Assembly: GCF_964355755.1 (NCBI RefSeq)
Contig: NC_092671.1
Location: 33,366,304 to 33,430,303, forward strand
Length of the DNA stretch: 64,000 bases
Reading direction: 5' to 3'
Source of the DNA: Antedon mediterranea
Lineage: Eukaryota > Animalia > Echinodermata
This document shows, one piece after another, positions 40,150-51,264 of this stretch. The notes below the pieces were generated by a model. That model saw only the letters and a list, made by a program, of their open reading frames with translations, ran no database searches and was not told the origin of the DNA. A program made the translations under genes and the position numbers. The first letter of the stretch is position 1; each line of letters opens with the position of its first letter.

Positions 40150-40660
40150 AGAAATATCAGTTCTATTTAACCTACGTTAACCCGACATGCTGTTTATGTG
40201 CTGAGCCAAGCAGGCCATGTCTGGCAAATGAATGCGATGCGCTCAGCCGATGTATCATGCGGAAGACAGACAGCAGCAAACGGCAAACCTACAGATTTTA
40301 AGCATGAACTTAAAAACAAAACTTAGCTTACTTTATTACACACCTACAATGGTGCGGATTTGGAAAGCTGGTCTCTAAACACTCCACATATATCGACAAG
40401 ATTTATGAAACCTCCATCACAATCTATAATCCGTTTATTCTGTCCACCTTATCGTCCGCATTATAATGTCATACTGTTGTGTGCAGCGCTAGCGCTGCCG
40501 ACTACCGACCAAGTTTAGCGATCACTGTCTGACCTATCTCGACTTTATGGTCAAGGTCATAAAACTGGTGGATGGAACTAAACTCTGACACTCCGATTAG
40601 ATGGCATCGGCTATTTGTTATATCACCCAACATTATAATAGAATCAATCGCGTCGTCAAT
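40150..40660 (-). promoter_or_regulatory. CpG-enriched candidate promoter/first exon divergent from ODAD4
   Basis: Local CpG enrichment, minus-strand donor AAA|gtaagc at 40332/40331, and TCAAGGTCA (ERR/NR5A-type) at 40551-40559. Confidence 0.4.
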
Positions 40661-42000
40661 GTATTATTTAAAAAAAAATGCCATTAATTTTATTTTCCGT
40701 ATGGGTGAATAGCATAAAAACAAAGGGATATGAGCTTGCCAAAAAACATCTACCAGACAAATAAAAATTACTGTATTTTTCATTGGGTATTGGGTATTAG
40801 CCTACCATAGGTCTAATAATTAGTGTTGAATTAATAATTAAATATGTCGATCTTTATTTCATCTTCATCAATATTCTATAAACACAACATAATTACAGTA
40901 ACATAACAATAATAAGTAATAGTAACAGTAATAAGAATGTTATCTATTTTTTATTTAGCTAATACAATTGAGTTTAGACCCGCCCTAAAAATTGTTTTCA
41001 AGTTTCTAATCAATTATTGATTGAAAGTTAATACTAATCAATTGATCAAGTCAATTAGACTGTTTTACTGAGGAGCGGACGGTTTCATTTCATTCATAAG
41101 TAATTACTGTAATTATTATAATCATTCATTTCTATAATCAACATAAAAAGTAACGTTTTTAGAAATGTTTATATATAAATGTACGGTATTTAATGTATGT
41201 TTAACAACGCGTTTCTGAAAGTTATATTAATCTACTCAAACTATACTTGTACTTTATTGATTTATTAAAGTTTACTGGAATCATTAAGTGTATCTGTTTA
41301 TACATTGTCTATTAATTAAATTATTTTTCTTATTACAGTAAAAACAGAAACTTATTAGTAAAACACGTATAGTATCCATTAATTGAAAGGAGTCTTTTCC
41401 CTAATTTTTCCTTTCTTTATATGTCATTGTTTAACATCATCTTTAAGATGTGAGTTTTACAAAACTTTTGCTCAGCCTATATCTAATTATCAGTCGGTGT
41501 TATGTAACACTGGAGGCTCTATAACACTATTAACGATGGACTCTTGTGTGCGCGTTAATATTTTTGTTGTTGTTGCATACTATTTAATATTCATAATATT
41601 TCAAATTAATAAAAAAAACATATATAAGTCTATCGAGAAGTAAAATTATGTAGCAAAATGTATTATATTTAAATAATTTGTTACATAAAGCGATTGTAAT
41701 CAAACACATTGGGCTAGGGTTCTACGAGATCAGTTCTAATTGTTGACAGAAAAGTTGCAGTGCGCCATCTTTCATGTGGTTATCCTTTTTAATATCGTTT
41801 ACCTCCAACTCCAGCCGTTTTCAATATTACTATAAGTTTACTTGTAAAGGAAACACATTTTCTTACATTAATTTATTTCGGTACACTCAGATTAAAACGC
41901 TTTATTGCATACTAACATCTAATTAAAACTAACATTAATAATAACTAGAGATTGGACTTAAAAACATGCTTAGTGTATGTGACATTTACGCTTAGCAATG

Positions 42001-42014
42001 GTTGCTATGGTAAA
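42001..42014 (+). promoter_or_regulatory. RFX X-box in the ODAD4 promoter
   Basis: GTTGCTATGGTAAA about 115 bp upstream of the ATG. X-boxes are typical of motile-cilia genes. Confidence 0.65.
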
Positions 42015-42127
42015 GAGGTCAAATGAGGACAATAATAAACGACGCTCTTTCATCATCAAACAACAGGCTGGCTACGACCAAAAACTAAATCGATCATAAA
42101 CCTTTTTATTAAAATTTGATTCATAAA

Positions 42128-42253
42128 ATGCCTTACGAAGGAGAAGAAGGCTCCGACAGCATTCAGAAAGGATCCTTTGCCATATTTGTAGCTGAAGGTG
42201 ATGTACTTTTTAAGCAAGGAGAGTACAAGAAGGCTTTAGAAAGTTACAGTGAG
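42128..42253 (+). CDS. ODAD4: ODAD4/TTC25 exon 1a (first coding exon, TPR1 helices)
   Basis: ATG in aaaATG context. Encodes MPYEGEEGSDSIQKGSFAIFVAEGDVLFKQGEYKKALESYSE, then phase-0 donor GAG|gtgagc. The ten exons join in frame to 1839 nt (612 aa + stop). Confidence 0.9.
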
Positions 42254-43686
42254 GTGAGCTAGCTCAACACAAAAACAACAAATCGACGATTTACGGGGGG
42301 AGCACATGCGCAGCTGGCATGCCATTGGCATTGATTGAGTATCTGTCGATAAGGCTTGTTTGTTGGTCGTATAGGCTAGCTAGGTTAGGCCTAGCTAGGG
42401 CTTAGTCTAGGAAGGACCATTAATGGACGTGGCCTAGCTAGCCTAAATAAGTCCAGCCAGACAACCAAGCCGATCAAAAGATAGGCCTAGGCCCTAACTA
42501 GGCCTAGCTAGGGCCAGGCCTATATAAAAAGTGGGTCGTGCACATCCATACAGTTCCAGGACCAATGCCTAGCTAGCTAGCCTAAGTAGGCCTAGCTAGC
42601 CTAGCCTACCCTAGGCCCTTCCCTCTGGCCTACAGTAAATGCCTAGGCCTAGTTTTTGGTAAGAGCGTAGGCCTAGGTATATTATTACTAGCTATACGAG
42701 GCTAGCTAGCCTAGCCATCTAGGCTTCAGCATTGACTTTCATCTGTGTCTATGCAGGCATGCCTATTTTAAGACTGAGCTGAGTGAAAATCAGGCTAGGC
42801 CTACTACTAAAAGGTCTCCATCTGATTGGCCAAAAGTAGTAACTTGTCCTTGATTATTATGTAACAATTAACACTTTGAATAACAACTTCTGCTGGGCCA
42901 GTCTATTCATGATTAAAACTGTATAATAAAAACATTTTTATTAAACATAGCCTAGTATTGATATTGATTTTTAATAATTTGGTTCATTGCTAATTTAGTT
43001 GTGTAGGCTTATAATAAAATAGGGGTTAATTATTACATTGAATGATATTAATTTTAATAGCAAGGTAAACTATTCTTTAAAATGAATAACCCTATAATTC
43101 TATTTGGAATAATCCATTGTCATCCCATCATTGCCCCTTTGGGACTAGTTGTTTTATAAATAAATGCCAAACTAAACTAATTAAAATATTTTTACTGTTT
43201 GTTTACTTATGCATATAAATGTGAATACTCAAAAGCTTATTCATTGTAAAATGTGAAATTATATGTAATAAATGAATGACTATTATTATTATTATTAAAG
43301 CCATTCTGTATTTGCAATGAGGTACCTGTATAATAATGGAAAACTATCAATGGGTCTACTTACAAACTGCTAATACCTTTGTTAAAAGAACAATTGATTT
43401 CTGGATTAAGACAATTGTAAAGGTCTTTACAAAGGTCATGTCTCTCTAAAGTAGTTTCTATGGAGATATCAAGCTACACCTAGTGCATAGTGAACATAGA
43501 TTGTTAACTGTTTGCAAGAACCAGTATTAAACCTTAGATGATCTAAGGTAGAAACAGAGAAGGCTTAGCCAAGTTCATTTACTTTTGATGATCACTGTAT
43601 TTTGATAGTTGGTTACTGTGTAGGACTCCACTCTATATTGATAGGTGGTAATACTGTATTGATAGTCTTTACTGTGGATATAAATC

Positions 43687-43815
43687 ATGGATGATTACAT
43701 TGATCCAGCAGTGGAAAGAGCAGAGCTCTTAAAGCTCTTACAGTCGTACATTGGTGAAGCTGAGGATCATATGCGGAAGAAAGAGTTTAGAAGAGCAAAA
43801 GAGGGTTATGATTTG
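43687..43815 (+). CDS. ODAD4: Candidate alternative first coding exon 1b of ODAD4/TTC25
   Basis: atcATGG start with in-frame TAA 6 nt upstream. Encodes MDDYIDPAVERAELLKLLQSYIGEAEDHMRKKEFRRAKEGYDL, then phase-0 donor TTG|gtaaag. The last 26 aa align without gaps to exon 1a in TPR register. Confidence 0.7.
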
Positions 43816-44028
43816 GTAAAGATGGTTGGATCATTTTTGTTTTGATTGTTGTTTTTGGTTTTTCATGATGTTCTAGTTGCAAGTAGACTATTATAGCCTA
43901 TAAAGTAATGTTTGGAGTACAATAGTGTGATTTTTCAAAAGTTGACAATGCCTTACTATTCGGTTTTTAAATATATATATATCGAGGCTTCATTAATCAA
44001 TATTCTTCAATGTTTCGTTTTTCTTTAG

Positions 44029-44160
44029 GCTCTTGAAATTGAACCTTCTGATAAAAACTGTCTGGTAGCCCGGTCCAAGTGTCACTTACAGCTGGGAGAT
44101 GCAGTATCAGCTCTCAAAGATGCAGAGGCCTCGCTTACTGAGGATAAAGATTATCACAAG
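44029..44160 (+). CDS. ODAD4: ODAD4/TTC25 exon 2
   Basis: ttctttag|GCT...AAG|gtaagt. Encodes ALEIEPSDKNCLVARSKCHLQLGDAVSALKDAEASLTEDKDYHK (TPR). Confidence 0.95.
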
Positions 44161-44293
44161 GTAAGTTAAGATTTATTATTTATTTATGCCATGAACATTT
44201 ACTGGTTCATAAAAAATAAGGTATATAAAAATAAAATGCATTGTTTTTAAAACTGTGCAAAGGGTTCAAATGGCACTGCAATGTTTAGGATAC

Positions 44294-44908
44294 AAACAGG
44301 AGTCCCGTCCTTCATTGCTTAGTACAGTATTCTAATCAAACAGGAGTCCTGTCCTTCATTGGTTAGTACAGTATTCTAATCAAACAGGAGTCCCGTCCTT
44401 CATTGGTTAGTACAGTATTCTAATCAAACAGGAGGCCCGTCCTTCATTGGTTAGTACAGTATTCTAATCAAACAGGAGTCCAGTCCTTCATTGGTTAGTA
44501 AAGTATTCTAATCAAACAGGAGTCCAGTCCTTCATTGGTTAGTACAGTATTCTAATCAAACAGGAGTCCCGTCCTTCATTGGTTAGTACAGTATTCTAAT
44601 CAAACAGGAGTCCAGTCCTTCATTGGTTAGTAAAGTATTCTAATTGAACAGGAGTCCAGTCCTTCATTGGTTAGTACAGTATTCTAATCAAACAGGGGTC
44701 CCGTCCTTCATTGGTTAGTACAGTATTCTAATCAAACAGGAGTCCAGTCCTTCATTGGTTAGTACAGTATTCTAATCAAACAGGAGTCCAGTCCTTCATT
44801 GGTTAGTACAGTATTCTAATCAAACAGGAGTCCCGTCCTTCATTGGTTAGTACAGTATTCTAATCAAACAGGAGTCCCATCCTTCATTGGTTAGTACAGT
44901 ATTCTAAT
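44294..44908. repeat. 44-bp minisatellite, 14 copies (ODAD4 intron 2)
   Basis: Unit AAACAGGAGTCC(C/A)GTCCTTCATTGGTTAGTACAGTATTCTAATC. Confidence 0.97.
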
Positions 44909-45067
44909 TAAGTGTTTTTTTCGGTTGTGCATGTCATACCACATAGTATTAAGTCTACCGATGTGTCCATGAATCTATTGGTTTTTTGTATCCACCCTTC
45001 TGAAAGGGTGTGGGTATTTGTTTCACAGCTGAAGTGAGTATTACTGATTCAATTGTAATTATTAAAC

Positions 45068-46245
45068 GATTTCGATCCAAGTCGGCCCTAAACCGTCTCG
45101 GCCAAAGTCAAGTCGGCCCCAAGTCAAGTCGGCCCCAAGTCATCTCGGCCTCAAGTCAACTCGGCCTCAAGTCAACTCGGCCTCACGTCAACTCGGCCAA
45201 AAAATAATCGGTCAACTCGGCCCCGTTAAAGTATGGAATGCAAAAGGTACAAAGGAAGGGGATTGATAAAATAATATTTCTTCACATTTTATTACCTATG
45301 AATAATTCTGACTTTTAATGAATATTAATATTTAGACAATAATACTTTTAGCAAAAAAAAAAGGAAGGATTTCACCAATTTTTCTTTATTTACGTTTAAT
45401 AAAATTTCAAATTGCACAAATTGTTCTGAAATTGCGCATAACAAACAATTGATTAATAAGCTAGCATTCATACTATTATTAATGATTACAATATGAACAT
45501 TTGGATAATAAATAGGAACACATTGTAGGCATACACCCAATATGATGATGCACGTACGTGGGCGCGTATGTTCGTTCGTGCGTCAAAATTCAATAAACAT
45601 GTCCGATATGCGAGGACATATATTAGGTGTAATAAGATTGTTTGGTTGGATTGTTTGGTTGAATCATTGAGGTATTAATTAATGTTAATTCTATGGTTGA
45701 ATCACGTGTAGATTTCTTCAGTGTATGCATTTGATTAGGCGACAACATCTGAAACCAATTCGTAGCTGCACCTCCCTGTGCCTTTGGCAGCTATTTCGAT
45801 ATCTACAACTGCTACGTGTTTTCGCTGACCGGGGGATTCCCCTTTTTTAAAAACGCAAATCATGGACAAAAACGATATGTACAGTTAAGTACGATCATTT
45901 TTCTATGGCCAAATGGTGGAACCATGGAGCTATAATAGCTCCATGATGGTCTTCAATTTACTAAAATGTGGTACCTGCACGTGTTTTTGTAAAACGCGGG
46001 TACTTCTATTCATATCGGCAATGATATAATTTTTTATTTTCTTATTTCTTAATTGTTTTTAAAGAGTGGATAGTAATAATCATAATAATATTAAGCACTT
46101 TTTGCGTTCCATACTTTATTGTGGCTGAGTTGACCGATTAGTTTTTGGCCGAGTTGACGTGAGGCCGAGTTGACTTGAGGCCGAGTTGACTTGGGGCCGA
46201 CTTGACTTTGGCCGAGACGGTTTGGGGCCGACTTGACCTGCACCC
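45068..46245. mobile_element. Foldback DNA element with subterminal tandem repeats (MULE-like, family uncertain), ODAD4 intron 2
   Basis: Perfect 8-bp TSD TATTAAAC. Long inverted ends built of 15-bp CAAGTCAA(G/C)TCGGCC(C/T) units. Confidence 0.88.
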
Positions 46246-46346
46246 TATTAAACACCTAATAACACTAAGAAATAAAGTAGTTTTTTCCCCCGACTTCTTT
46301 TGAATTATGTATTAAAACAATATTACTTATCATTTATCATTTACAG

Positions 46347-46500
46347 GGACTGTATCAGAAAGCCGAGGCTCTTTACCAGACCGGTGATTTTGAAATGGCC
46401 CTTGTTTTCTATCACCGTGGCAACAAACTCCGTCCTGAGCTACAAGAATTTCGACTAGGGATACAAAAAGCACAGGAAGCCATAGATAACTCAGTTGGCA
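46347..46500 (+). CDS. ODAD4: ODAD4/TTC25 exon 3
   Basis: ttacag|GGA...A|gtaagt. Encodes GLYQKAEALYQTGDFEMALVFYHRGNKLRPELQEFRLGIQKAQEAIDNSVG, matching the TTC25 signature GDFEFALVFYHRG...GIQKAQEAI as I recall it. Confidence 0.97.
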
Positions 46501-46524
46501 GTAAGTCATGTGATAATTATTAAC

Positions 46525-47404
46525 ATCAGTGGCAATGCTAGTGGTGGATCTAGAGAGGTAGATCCCCCACCAGAGCCTAGTGGTGACTATGACAGGCTAT
46601 CATATCATTGGCAATGCTTAGTGGTAGATCTAAAGAAGTACATCCACCACCAGAGCATAGTGGTGACTATGATATAGGCTATCATATCATTGGCAATGCT
46701 AGTGGTGGATCTAAAGAAGTACATCCACCACCAGAGCCTAGTGGTGACTATGATATAGGCTATCATATCATTGGCAATGCTAGTGGTGGATCCACCACCA
46801 GAGCCTAGTGGTGACTATGATATAGTCTATCATATCATTGGCAATGCTAGTGGTGGATCTAAAGAAGTACATCCACCACCAGAGCCTAGTGGTGACTATG
46901 ATATAGGCTATCATATCATTGGCAATGCTAGTGGTGGATCTAAAGAAGTACATCCACCACCAGAGCCTAGTGGTGACTATGATATAGGCTATCATATCAT
47001 TGGCAATGCTATTGGTGGATCTAGAGAGGTAGATCCACCACCAGAGCATAGTGTTGACTATGATAGGCTATCATATAATTGGCAATGCAAGTGGTGGATC
47101 TAGAGAGTTTGATCCCTACCAGAGCGTAGTGTTGAGTATGATAGGCTATCATATCATTGGCAATGCTAGTGGTGGATTTAGAGAGGTAGATCCACCACCA
47201 GAGCCTAGTCGTAACTATGATAGGCTATCATATCATTGGCAATGCTAGTGGTGGATCTAGAGAGGTAGATCCCCTACCAGAGACTAGTGTTGACTATGAT
47301 AGGCTATCATATCATTGGCAATGCTAGTGGTGGATCTAAAGAAGTACATCCACCACCAGAGCCTCAGTGGCAATGCTAGTGGTGGATTTAGAGAAGTACA
47401 TCCA
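46525..47404. repeat. 79-81-bp minisatellite, about 11 copies (ODAD4 intron 3)
   Basis: Unit ATCATTGGCAATGCTAGTGGTGGATCTAAAGAAGTACATCCACCACCAGAGCCTAGTGGTGACTATGATATAGGCTATCAT. Confidence 0.96.
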
Positions 47405-47881
47405 GAACCTGATGGTGACCATGCTATTGGGAATATTTTTAACAAAAAAGCAAAGAATTAAATTAGATTTTGACAAAGATTGTATTTTCACACATAGACA
47501 TAAACATGTGTCTCTTCATATTACTCCGACTCCACTCAAGGGTCATTAAGTATTTGACATAACCTCAACAAATAAAGTCATGCTATCACCAAAATCATAG
47601 CATGGTGAATCTAACATATTTCATTTTGGCCAGTGATTGTTTTAATTGTGGGGAGTAAAAATGTTTTACTAATTTTCTCTAAATTCAATTTCTCTAACTT
47701 GCCTGGATTAACCAAATATTAAAAAATATAATGATATTTAATGTCACCTGTACAGTCTGCTTTGCCTTCTTGATCAACCAATTTCTTTATTTATACAATA
47801 ACAATTTTTGTAATCTTTACGTATTTATCTACATACAGTATCTATAAATATAAGTTGTTCTGATATCTTCTTTATCAACAG

Positions 47882-47943
47882 GCCCATCAAAAGTGAAACT
47901 TGAAAACAAGGGTGATCTATCATTCTTCAGCAAACAAGATGAG
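47882..47943 (+). CDS. ODAD4: ODAD4/TTC25 exon 4
   Basis: caacag|GC...GAG|gtaata. Encodes SPSKVKLENKGDLSFFSKQDE, with the conserved KLENKGDLSF motif. Confidence 0.93.
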
Positions 47944-49130
47944 GTAATAAGAACTAGAAAATAATTAGCTTTTGTACTGAAGATTATTACTTCTCATTTA
48001 AAATGAACTTTGAACCAGCAAGCATTCAATGTCAAATCTTGGTATCATCAAAACATAACGGTTTTCTAACATTTTATTTTGGTCATTTGAGTGAAAACAT
48101 ACTTGTGTGTAAACATGTGTTAAACTATCAATTCTTTCATGACCTAAAAAATAAAACAGCCACAGAAAAACATGTACAACTGTCCGTGCTGCATATAGGC
48201 CCCTGCTTAAGACTCCTAAGTGGCCCCAATGTTAGAGATCTTGGAGCATTTTTAGCCTTTTTCTAAATGCCTGTTGTTTCTTCTGGGCCATGCTCAGGTG
48301 CCCCTGTAAGCTCTGAGCCAGCAAGTGCTCATAGCTGTTATGCCACTGATTCCAACCAGATTCTTTTAAGCCTATTATGTTCTGATAGCGTCTGCCATGG
48401 ATAGTAGTAATTTAACCCTATTGATTTAGTAGTGAATAAAATTATTTGTAAAATTACTGTAGATGATAGTTACAGACTTACTAATTTAAAAATATTTGTA
48501 AATATAACATTAAGTCTAGAAATAAATTAGTAATTTTACCAAAAATAAAATTGTTCATCCCATGAGGATGGCAATCAGAATTGTAATATGTGATTAGAAT
48601 TTTTTACCAAGATGCCTTTGAACTTTGAAAGTTTTGTTTTAAGATATATTGTATTGTGTTAAAACTAAAACACTAGAAATCAGTCTCTTTGCACTTAAAG
48701 TGTATTTTTTAGTGCAAATACAGACTAAATTAATATCATGAATCTTACAATGACTGTACTCTATAATGAACAAAATCTATTAACATTTATAATTAGTAAT
48801 ACCATAGAGCACTATAATATCTCTATGGTAATATAGTATAGAAACACAATTTAAGGAGATACCATTTTTAATAGGGGTGTATTGTCCCCTGAATAGGGGT
48901 TGGCCATAGTAGTGTTAAATTGTTCACAATTGTTTCACAAAAGGGTTCCCCTTAATAGTTGTGTCGCCTGAATAAGGATTGGCTGTAGTTGTAAAACCTA
49001 TATTGCCCTTGTTTGTCTCATGGAAAGGGGTCTGTCTTCTAGGGGTGTTCTCAGAAGGCATCAACATAATAAATAAGACAATAATGGTAGGTGGTCAATG
49101 GCCACAAAAACACACACAATTACTGCCTAA

Positions 49131-49290
49131 AGCTCTGTCTGCACTATCAACTAGTTTGTCAAATAAAGTGTGATGTTCACAAATGTGGTAGTGATATGCC
49201 CAAATATGGTAGTGGTATGACATCATCATGTCCATACAGTGTATAGGCACATCACATTTTTTGTCAAATAAAAGTATGATGGTGTAGACA
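49131..49290 (-). mobile_element. MITE, same family, reverse orientation (ODAD4 intron 4)
   Basis: Reverse-complement core GGTAGTG...ATGACATCATCATGTCC. Confidence 0.8.
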
Positions 49291-49368
49291 TCTTTTTATA
49301 TTTTACTCAGGTCTTAAAATGAATCAATTTGATTATGATAATATAATAACTCATTCCTATTATTGTAG

Positions 49369-49555
49369 ATGAAGACGACAAAGAAACAGCCTCGAATGGG
49401 GTACACCAAGCCAGGAACCAAACATGTTGACAACAAACAGAATAAACGTCCAGTGAGAGCAGAGCAATCTGACAAGGAGAAAGAGATCACAAAACAACTG
49501 TTAGGAGATCTGTACAAGGATCGACTTTATCTGGATAAGTTGCTGAAGGACGGCG
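49369..49555 (+). CDS. ODAD4: ODAD4/TTC25 exon 5
   Basis: ttgtag|ATG...G|gtgagt. Includes KQLLGDLYKDRLYLDKLLKD. Confidence 0.93.
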
Positions 49556-50094
49556 GTGAGTTTAGTAGTGATGATAATCAACAATAAGCCAATATATTTA
49601 AAATTAATTTGTTGCCCAGCCAAAAGTTTCAGAATACTAATGTCAGCATTTAAAACTTCTAGGAATAAAAAACACATGATAAATGAAATAATTATAATTA
49701 TTGGAAATTTTGTAATATATGTATTATGATGTTCAATTTGTTTTTATGACCTATAGCAGTAATTTTAATCAATTTTATACATATTTTGTTAATTGAAACA
49801 CAATTAAAAAAAAAAAAAAGGAAACAAAAATTAACCTAGAAAAACACAACTAGTCTGACCATCGGTTCTACAGTACTAGCCATAGATAAAGGTACAATAA
49901 TATATTATTTCCAAAGTAAACTCACAATTTGAAAACATTTATTTACTCAGAAGAGATAAAATAGACTGAACCAAATCTAGGAAATATGAATCCTATTGAT
50001 GTTTCATTTACTGTATGCCATTAGTTTTCTGTAATCTCTGTCATCTAAGTTGAAGATTAGGCTTCTAACAGTTCTTGTGATTTCGCAAATTTAG

Positions 50095-50316
50095 ACTTAA
50101 CAAGACCAACCACAGAGAGCGGTAACCAGATATATGATTTGGTGATGCAGGGATTACGATATTTAGATACACGAACAGAGTTCTGGCGTCAACAAAAGCC
50201 AATGTATGCACGCAATCGAGACAAAGCCGAGGCCAGCAAGGGAAGACGGGACAAGAGTAAAGTGCCAATGGATCCTGCAAAGTACATCCTTAAAAATCTG
50301 GAAGAAATTGATAATT
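50095..50316 (+). CDS. ODAD4: ODAD4/TTC25 exon 6
   Basis: atttag|AC...T|gtaagt. Includes GLRYLDTRTEFWRQQKPMYAR, with the conserved FWRQQKP motif. Confidence 0.95.
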
Positions 50317-50359
50317 GTAAGTAAGCAAATAAAAAGTAGTATTCAGGTTATCTTCTTCT

Positions 50360-50682
50360 ATTTTAAGGAGCAAACTTCATAGTTGAAGGCTACTGCTCCA
50401 CTAAGGGTCCCATTGTGACATCGGCAGCCAACTACGGCGCCAATACGTCTGTGTTTGTGTATGAATGAACTATATACACCAGGGTAACCCCCTACTCGTC
50501 TCGAAAGATTTACTAGGTTCTTTAAAGTGCACATGAGCCAGATGTACACTGGACCTACGGTTTATAGTCCTCCGAGAAGACTTGTTCTACTACCAGAACC
50601 ATGGAGCGATTGAGCCTCGAACCCTTGCCAATGTTATGGCTATGGATTTCGGTTCCACTGTCTTAACCGCTCGGCCACACTC
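50360..50682 (-). mobile_element. tRNA-headed SINE with Deu/Nin-like central domain (ODAD4 intron 6)
   Basis: Minus strand GTGGCCGAGCGGTTAAG A box and GGTTCGAG B box, then TCGGAGGACTATAAACCGTAGGTCC...TTAAAGAACC...GAGTAGGGGGTTACCCTGGTGT. Confidence 0.8.
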
Positions 50683-51056
50683 ACACTCGGCCACACTGTA
50701 CATCAATACAACTCTTAAATAAAAAGAACAAAATTGTATAAAGAATGAAGTTATGTTACCAGTCCTTCTGCCCCTTCCTACTATACTGTGGTCATATGTT
50801 TGCCCACAAAGTAATTGGAATTTATGCTGAACTTCTTGGTGGACACACAACCTCTAGCTTGGCATTTATACCTCTTGACAACCAAGTTTGCATTGCTGGC
50901 TAGGGGTTACATTCAAGCTCACAAAAGCAGGATGTTGCTCACTAACACAAAGCTACTTCGATTATTAGATTATACTACATCATGTTCACAATACAGTACT
51001 ATACATTTTATTTACTTAATTGGCGCTTAAATCTTCTCCTTTCTGTTTTTTTCTAG

Positions 51057-51264
51057 CCTTGGCCAAGAACAAACCAAAGGATGCTCTTAGCCAGTCTAAA
51101 CGTGTCCTGAAGACGGTGGAAGGATGGAAAGAAAGTGACGTACCTGATAAAGATGACTATCTTGCCAATTTACATAGTTGTATTGGTAATGCACACTTGG
51201 ACCTAGGAAACATGGAGTTTGCATTGAAGCATCATAATATTGATTATGATTTGTGCCAGTCAAG
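51057..51264 (+). CDS. ODAD4: ODAD4/TTC25 exon 7
   Basis: ttctag|CC...AG|gtaaat. Includes LANLHSCIGNAHLDLGNMEFALKHHNID (TPR). Confidence 0.95.

Noticed and set aside
44294-47404. Regular repeats resembling CRISPR arrays
   Set aside because: The units are contiguous with no unique spacers, no cas genes are present, and they lie in spliceosomal introns.
46495-47549. Pro/Gly repeat ORFs (GNASGGSKEVHPPPEPSGDYD)
   Set aside because: They come from the minisatellite, 79-bp units break the frame, and read-through from exon 3 hits TAA after 7 codons.
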